DNA of 30,057 nucleotides from Candidatus Gastranaerophilales bacterium (GTDB lineage Bacteria; Cyanobacteriota; Vampirovibrionia; Gastranaerophilales; Gastranaerophilaceae): NCBI GenBank assembly GCA_944323585.1, contig CALUTA010000001.1, positions 1 to 30,057 of the forward strand, read 5' to 3'. Shown piece by piece: positions 24,451 to 30,057 of this stretch (position 1 is its first letter; each line of letters starts with the position of its first letter). The notes under the pieces were generated by a model. It saw only the letters and a program-made list of their open reading frames with translations, ran no database searches and was not told where the DNA came from. The position numbers and the translations under genes were made by a program.

Positions 24451-25395
24451 TTAATCAATTTTTATTATTTCAGCGCCCTTTTCTTCGACAGGAAGTGTGT
24501 AAATATCAGCTTTAACATTCAAATCCGCCCAGGTTTCCCTTACAATTGATTGAATTTTGTCAAGGTTATTTTTTTCACTGATTACAAGAATTGAAGGCCC
24601 TGCACCACTCAAGACACAGCCTAAAACATTATCTTCATGCTTTAAATTCTCAATAATTTTTTCAAGCCCCGGAACAAGCTTCATTCTATAAGGCTGGTGC
24701 AGCTTATCTTTCAAAGCAAGCTTCATAAGTGCAGAATCTCTTGTATGAATTGCGTGAACAAACATACCCAATCGCTTTGCATTAAACACAGCATCGGCCA
24801 TGGGGACTTCCTTGGGCAGAACCGACCGTGATATATCAGTTGCAAGTTCATACTCCGGCACACAAACTGTTATAGTCCATTCTTTCGGCCAATCAAGTTT
24901 TCTATATATAATGCTTCCGTCTTCTTCGCTTGATGTTAACACCAAGCCACCTACAATAGCGGGCGTAACATTATCCGGATGCCCCTCAACTTCTGTTGCA
25001 ATTGATAACAACGCCGCTTCATCCGCAGGCCTGCCCAAAAGTTCATTTGCAGCCAGAAGCCCGCCTACAATTACAGATGCACTGCTGCCCAAACCTCTTG
25101 CAATTGGAATTTGCGAATGAACAGTAATCTTCAATTCGCTTGGAGTTTGCCCGATAGAATTGTATAAAAGCTCAACCGCTTTATATATAATACTGTTTTC
25201 ATCCATTGGGATGTGTTCTAAGGATAATTCATCGGTTTTATCATCATCTGCTATTACATTAATCTCAACACCGGTGCCCGGAAGAACTGTTTCTTCAATT
25301 GTAATTGTGTTGTAAATAGGCAGAGCCATTCCCATACAATCAAAGCCTGGACCAAGATTTGCCGTTGTTGCCGGTACTTTTACGCTTACTTTCAT
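24451..25395 (-). CDS. thrB: Homoserine kinase
   Basis: VPATTANLGPGFDC; IPIARGLGSSAS; EGHPDNVTPA; LHQPYR; LSGAGPS. Confidence 0.97.
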   Translation of the reverse strand: MKVSVKVPATTANLGPGFDCMGMALPIYNTITIEETVLPGTGVEINVIADDDKTDELSLEHIPMDENSIIYKAVELLYNSIGQTPSELKITVHSQIPIARGLGSSASVIVGGLLAANELLGRPADEAALLSIATEVEGHPDNVTPAIVGGLVLTSSEEDGSIIYRKLDWPKEWTITVCVPEYELATDISRSVLPKEVPMADAVFNAKRLGMFVHAIHTRDSALMKLALKDKLHQPYRMKLVPGLEKIIENLKHEDNVLGCVLSGAGPSILVISEKNNLDKIQSIVRETWADLNVKADIYTLPVEEKGAEIIKID

Positions 25396-25518
25396 ATTTC
25401 CTCTTTTAATTTACTATGTATATGATACCACAAAGAGATTTTTTTCATCAATTTGAAGCTGAAATATTGCGTTTTTTAAAGAATTTGAATTGAAGAAAAA
25501 GGCCTGTATAATAGCAGT

Positions 25519-26976
25519 ATGTACGAACTACATCCTTATTTTACAAACGACGGATCTGTCGGACTTTTTAGCCCTGAAGCGGATGATATCTACCATTCTA
25601 CATACGGTGCACTCTCAGAGGCTTATGAAAAATTTGTACTTCCTGCCAATTTAGAAAACTTTTTTGCAAACAATTCAGAAATTAAAGTTCTGGATATCTG
25701 CTACGGAATCGGATACAACACGAAAAGTTTTTTAAATTTTTTAATTGATAAAAAAATTTTAAATATAAAAATAAAAAATAAAAATTTTTCAAATAAAATT
25801 TTTGAAAAATTTTCAAAAAAAATATTTTATAAAAAACAAAATATCGATTCGATACATACTGATAATATCTCTAAAACAATAAATAGCGAAACAATAGATA
25901 TCTATAAAATTATTACTAACGACGAGATATATTCTGATAATAATTTCATCATTAAAAATAAACTTGAAATATCCCCTGATAAAAATACTAACGCCTCGAT
26001 ATATTCAAATAATGTTTCAGGCTTAAATTCCACATGCTCGCACTTAAACAAGAAAATTTTTATTAAGGCAATTGATACTGATAAAAATTTATTTTATCTT
26101 TCACCATTTTTCAGACAGGGAAATAAAAGCGATAAAAAATATAATAAACTTGATTTCAATTACGAAAAAATTTCAAAACTCCTAAACAATGATTTTTCGC
26201 ACAAATACAAACTAAATCCTGAAGTCAATTTAATAATATTAAAAAACATTGTTGAAAAAATACCTGAAATATTTGAGGATTTTGATTTTTTAAATATTCT
26301 AAAATCCCGCAAATATTCACCATTTTTTGACCGCAAAATTAAGGCACTTTTTTGGGGCATAAAATATGAAAGAGGTATTTATAGACCTCCGGAAGCTTTA
26401 GGCGCCTTCTTACATAATATATATTATAAGTATATTTCAATACGTTATAAAAAGGCACTGAATAGTCTGATATTAAACGATTTTATTTTTGAACCTTCCA
26501 TTGAGGATGCAAGAACTTCTCTTAAACGAGATGAAAATATATACAATTTTATCTTTCTTGATGCTTTTACCCCTGCAAAATGTCCTGCACTCTGGTCGCT
26601 CGAATTTTTCAAGCTGCTTTTCGACCATCTTGATAACAACGGAATGATTTTAACTTATTCAAATTCTTCTGCCGTCAGAAACGCAATGATTAATGCGGGT
26701 TTCTCTGTCGGAAAAATTTATAATCCGGAAATTGACAAATTCACGGGCACGATTGCAGTAAAAAATAAATCGCTTATAAAATATGAACTCTCAGAATACG
26801 ATTTAGGGCTTATAAATTCACGTGCAGGTATATTTTATCGTGACGAAAATTTAAACCTTCCTAATGAGGCAATAATCGAGGCTCATAAAAAAGAGATTGC
26901 TTTAAGCGACAAAATATCAAGTTCGGCATTTATTAAAAATTATAAGAAGCAAAATAAAGAGATTAATCAAAAATAA
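25519..26976 (+). CDS. MnmC-type (MnmD-like) SAM-dependent methyltransferase, stand-alone, with long low-complexity insertions
   Basis: TNDGS.GLFS....DIYHSTYGALSEA; VLDICYGIGYN; EDAR; FLDAFTPAKCPALWS.EFF; LTYSNSSAVRNAM..AGF. Confidence 0.82.
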   Translation: MYELHPYFTNDGSVGLFSPEADDIYHSTYGALSEAYEKFVLPANLENFFANNSEIKVLDICYGIGYNTKSFLNFLIDKKILNIKIKNKNFSNKIFEKFSKKIFYKKQNIDSIHTDNISKTINSETIDIYKIITNDEIYSDNNFIIKNKLEISPDKNTNASIYSNNVSGLNSTCSHLNKKIFIKAIDTDKNLFYLSPFFRQGNKSDKKYNKLDFNYEKISKLLNNDFSHKYKLNPEVNLIILKNIVEKIPEIFEDFDFLNILKSRKYSPFFDRKIKALFWGIKYERGIYRPPEALGAFLHNIYYKYISIRYKKALNSLILNDFIFEPSIEDARTSLKRDENIYNFIFLDAFTPAKCPALWSLEFFKLLFDHLDNNGMILTYSNSSAVRNAMINAGFSVGKIYNPEIDKFTGTIAVKNKSLIKYELSEYDLGLINSRAGIFYRDENLNLPNEAIIEAHKKEIALSDKISSSAFIKNYKKQNKEINQK

Positions 26977-27100
26977 ATACCCTTAATTTTATTTGAATAT
27001 AACTAACAGATATAATGATTTGCTTAATATTTTAATGCCCAACATCTTTAATATTACTTAAATTTTTGCTTTATTTGAACAAGAATTGTATAATTGAGAA

Positions 27101-28402
27101 ATGGAAAAATATGACGTTGTAGTAATCGGAGGAGGAACAGCGGGATGCGCAACAGCTTACACTGCTGGGCTTGCCGGACTTAAAGTTCTTCTTATTGAAA
27201 AAAATATTCATCTTGGCGGAACAATTACTTCTGCACTTGTTGTTCCTGCAATGAAATGCGGTGAACATCAGATAAATACGGAATTTTATGAGGCTCTTGT
27301 TACGGAATTAAAGTCTATTGGCGGTCAGGCGACATACGAGAATAATGAGGGCTGGTTCAATCCGGAACTTACTAAAATTGCACTGGACAATCTTATGCGG
27401 AAAGCTGCTGTGGAAGTATTTTTTGATACGCATATTCAAGATGTAAGCATTGTTAACAGAAAGATAAAAAGTGTAAAAATTTCAAAAGAAATCTTATCAG
27501 TATATAACGAAACGCTAGAAAAAGACAATAAAGATTTATCGGTATGTATCGGAGCGAAGTATTTTGTAGACGCGACAGGAAATTGTGAACTCGGAAAACT
27601 TTGTCATTGCAATTTTTTAGAACAAAAAAACGAACAACAGCCGGTAAGTTTAAGATTTTTGATGGGTGGTGTTGATGTTCCGCATTTTGCAAAGTGGCTT
27701 GAGGAGTATGACAAAGACAGAAATGTAACAACTGTTGAAGATATAGACGGCTTTATCCATCTTTCTACGGCATATACATGGGATAAGGATAAAAAATGGG
27801 CTTTGGCCCCTTTATTTGAGGACGCTGTAAAGAAAAAAATCCTCAAAAACCACGACAGGAACTATTTTCAGATATTTACCGTCGCCGGAATGCCTACTCA
27901 TATTGCTTTTAACTGCCCTCGTATTATTGATTACACAGACACTCTGCAGGTTAAAAACATGTCAAAAGCCTTACTGTTAGCCAGACAGAGCATATTCAGG
28001 CTTGCTAATTTTTGCAGAATTTATTTTCCCGGATTTGAAAATGCTTATATTTCAAACATAGCCGATATGCTTGGCATAAGGGTCTCAAGGAGAATTAAGG
28101 GGAAATACATATATACCGCAGAAGACATTAAAAACGGCAAGGAATTTGAACATCCGGTGCTTATTTCAAACTACCCGATTGATGTTCACAGCAATGAAAA
28201 AGACAAATCAACGCTTCAAATAGTTAAAGATTATCAGGTGCCTATTGAAAGTCTAATGTCAGCAGACATTGATAATTTATATGTTGCCGGACGCTGTATT
28301 TCAACGGATTTTATGGCACAGGGGGCTATTAGAGTTCAGGCAAACTGTTTTTCCATGGGAGTGGGATTAGGCAAGTATTTTGCAGGGCTGGAAAAATCTT
28401 AA
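27101..28402 (+). CDS. FAD-dependent oxidoreductase (PF12831-like)
   Basis: VVVIGGGTAG; LIEKNIHLGGTIT; FVDATGN; GIRVSRRI; YQVPIESL; LYVAGRCIS..F.AQGAIRV...C. Confidence 0.9.
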   Translation: MEKYDVVVIGGGTAGCATAYTAGLAGLKVLLIEKNIHLGGTITSALVVPAMKCGEHQINTEFYEALVTELKSIGGQATYENNEGWFNPELTKIALDNLMRKAAVEVFFDTHIQDVSIVNRKIKSVKISKEILSVYNETLEKDNKDLSVCIGAKYFVDATGNCELGKLCHCNFLEQKNEQQPVSLRFLMGGVDVPHFAKWLEEYDKDRNVTTVEDIDGFIHLSTAYTWDKDKKWALAPLFEDAVKKKILKNHDRNYFQIFTVAGMPTHIAFNCPRIIDYTDTLQVKNMSKALLLARQSIFRLANFCRIYFPGFENAYISNIADMLGIRVSRRIKGKYIYTAEDIKNGKEFEHPVLISNYPIDVHSNEKDKSTLQIVKDYQVPIESLMSADIDNLYVAGRCISTDFMAQGAIRVQANCFSMGVGLGKYFAGLEKS

Positions 28403-29766
28403 ATAGACTTTGAGCCTTCAAGTTTTTCAACAAGAAGCTGTGCAGCATTAAGAAGCGGATCAATTGTCGGAGAAAAGGGAGGCGCATAAGTCAAATCATT
28501 CTTAAAAAATTCTTCTGCCGTAAGCCCGGCTAAAAGCGCTGAAGTCACTGTATTAACTCTTTTGTCTGCATCTCCGGCCCCAACCCCCTGACAGCCGAGA
28601 AGTTTTCCTGTATTTTTGTCGGCAACAAGCTTAAGAGTGATATTATTCACATCAGGCATATACCCGACTTTGTCAGTTTTTGTGACAGTCACCGAAACTG
28701 TTTCTACCCCCAGCGAAGCCGCTTTTTTCTCGGTTAATCCTGTCATAGACATGCTCAGCGAAAGACAGCGTGTAACTGATGAACCCAGCACACCATCAAA
28801 TTTTTCTTCGCCTCCGCACGCATTAATTGCGGCAATTCTCCCCTCTTTATTTGCATTTGTGCCTAACGGAAGCCATATTTTGGTATTTGTTATGATTAAA
28901 TTTTCTTCTACACAATCACCGCAGGCATAAATATCCTTTATACTCGTTTCCATTTTTTCATTTACCTTGATGGCACCAGTTTCTCCAAGCAAAATACCCG
29001 CATCCTTTGCTATTTCAATGTTTGGTTTTACCCCTGCGCAAATAACGACAAAATCAACTTCAATTTCATTGCCAGAACCTGTTCTGACAAGTTTAACCCC
29101 TTCTTTATCCCCTGAAAATTCCGTTGCCATTTCGGATGTAAGGATTTCAAAGCGGCCTGATGATGTTTCTCTAAGCTGCTCTAAGATAAGATTTGACATA
29201 TCATCATCAAAATTCTGCATAATAGTCGGGGCATATTCAATCAGAGTAACTGACACATTTTGTCTGACAAGCGCCTCTAATATTTCTATACCAATGTAAC
29301 CGCCGCCGATAATTACCGCCTTCTTTGAGTTTTCAGCTTTAGAGCGTATTGCAATACCGTCTTCAACTTTTCTTACTGTAAAAACATTGTTTAAATTGAC
29401 ATTTCTAATCTGCGGAATTACAGGTCTTGCGCCCACGGCTACTATCAATTTGTCATAATCAACAAGAAATGCCTTATTTTTCCCCAAAGACTCAACAAGC
29501 ACCTGCTTGGTATCGGGAAGAATTTTTACGGCTCTGTGCTTGAGATGAATGTGTACGTTCTCCTTCTCAAAGTCCTCTGGTGATCTGACAAGAAGCATTT
29601 CGTAATTGTCAAAGTTGCCTTCAATATAATAAGGCAGCCCGCAGGCCGAATATGATATATGAGTATCGTCAGTGTATAAATCTATCTGAGCTTCAGGAAG
29701 CATTCTTCTTGCTTTTGCAGCCGCCTTTGCCCCTGCTGCAACCCCGCCAAGTATAACAATTTTCAT
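28399..29766 (-). CDS. CoA-disulfide reductase / NADH oxidase-family flavoprotein
   Basis: GGVAAG; SYSACGLPYYI (redox Cys); IIGGGYIG; IYACGDC; LGTNANKEGR; DLTYAPPFSP. Confidence 0.92.
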   Translation of the reverse strand: MKIVILGGVAAGAKAAAKARRMLPEAQIDLYTDDTHISYSACGLPYYIEGNFDNYEMLLVRSPEDFEKENVHIHLKHRAVKILPDTKQVLVESLGKNKAFLVDYDKLIVAVGARPVIPQIRNVNLNNVFTVRKVEDGIAIRSKAENSKKAVIIGGGYIGIEILEALVRQNVSVTLIEYAPTIMQNFDDDMSNLILEQLRETSSGRFEILTSEMATEFSGDKEGVKLVRTGSGNEIEVDFVVICAGVKPNIEIAKDAGILLGETGAIKVNEKMETSIKDIYACGDCVEENLIITNTKIWLPLGTNANKEGRIAAINACGGEEKFDGVLGSSVTRCLSLSMSMTGLTEKKAASLGVETVSVTVTKTDKVGYMPDVNNITLKLVADKNTGKLLGCQGVGAGDADKRVNTVTSALLAGLTAEEFFKNDLTYAPPFSPTIDPLLNAAQLLVEKLEGSKSI

Positions 29767-29815
29767 AACATTGTCATACTAATATTTTTCTCCAAGATAC
29801 ACAATATACAACCTG

Positions 29816-29959
29816 CTAGTTCAAACCGGATGTATTTAGAATCATCTCACGCATGAATTCACAGTAGCTGTCAATATCGTCCAAATCATCAATACTTTGG
29901 TCAATAAGTGTTCTGATTTCAATAATAATATTGTTGTTCTTTAAATCATCAAATTCCAT
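29816..29959 (-). CDS. 47-aa acidic microprotein (below the ORF-track cutoff)
   Basis: MEFDDLKNNNIIIEIRTLIDQSIDDLDDIDSYCEFMREMILNTSGLN*. AGAAGGG RBS 9 nt upstream; sigma28-like promoter further upstream. Confidence 0.7.
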   Translation of the reverse strand: MEFDDLKNNNIIIEIRTLIDQSIDDLDDIDSYCEFMREMILNTSGLN

Positions 29960-29991
29960 AATTAATAACCCTTCTATAACCTACATATGGA

Positions 29992-30019
29992 ATATCGGCA
30001 AAGATTTCAAAAACCTTTA
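29992..30019 (-). promoter_or_regulatory. Sigma28 (FliA/SigD)-type promoter
   Basis: Minus strand TAAA (30019-30016)-N16-GCCGATAT (29999-29992). Confidence 0.7.
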
Positions 30020-30057
30020 ACAAAATTGGCAAGATTGTTACAAAAATATAAAATAAA

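Noticed and set aside
25741-26490. Possible intein in the MnmC-type gene
   Set aside because: No N-terminal Cys/Ser block A, no His-Asn C-terminal splice motif, no LAGLIDADG motif; a methyltransferase strand lies within the region.
787-29299. Many 60-133 aa ORFs nested in or antisense to long genes (e.g. 787-1044, 4370-4669, 6989-7390, 21925-22320, 24235-24549, 28616-28930, 28967-29299)
   Set aside because: No RBS or motifs, and they overlap well-supported CDSs wholly or largely; expected shadow frames.
1-30057. CRISPR array, tRNA, rRNA, IS or prophage
   Set aside because: No repeat-spacer periodicity, cloverleaf, rRNA signature, transposase, integrase or phage structural gene recognised by eye.

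Overview
Gene-dense, AT-rich bacterial chromosome segment with no recognisable mobile element, CRISPR array, tRNA or rRNA. The mix of cyanobacteria-like housekeeping proteins (S12, S7, ThrB, MnmC-type methyltransferase, NarL regulator) and anaerobe redox genes (desulfoferrodoxin, Hcp-like, ferredoxin, CoA-disulfide reductase/NADH oxidase) suggests a non-photosynthetic relative of Cyanobacteria, probably Melainabacteria/Vampirovibrionia, order Gastranaerophilales. This assignment is inference, not a database result. The window holds about 33 CDSs. Two are absent from the ORF track: a truncated YnbB-like PLP enzyme at 1-423 and a 47-aa ORF at 29816-29959. There is also an SRP RNA of the long, Alu-domain type. 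The most unusual signals are: (1) a rebuilt orphan FlhA-like protein with no D2 subdomain and only 2 TM helices, upstream of a cytoplasmic REC-PAS-kinase/NarL pair; (2) a full-length Hcp paralogue that has lost essentially all hybrid-cluster ligands; (3) a perfect triple copy of the cyanobacterial HLR1 (RpaB) motif upstream of a helical-hairpin orphan gene; (4) a sigma28-type promoter in front of the unannotated microprotein; (5) a signal-less ADP-ribosyltransferase-fold orphan; (6) a membrane-anchored SNase-like/Ada-like/PLD-PLD fusion; (7) a str operon cut after rpsG. All domain calls are by eye from motifs; no searches were run.
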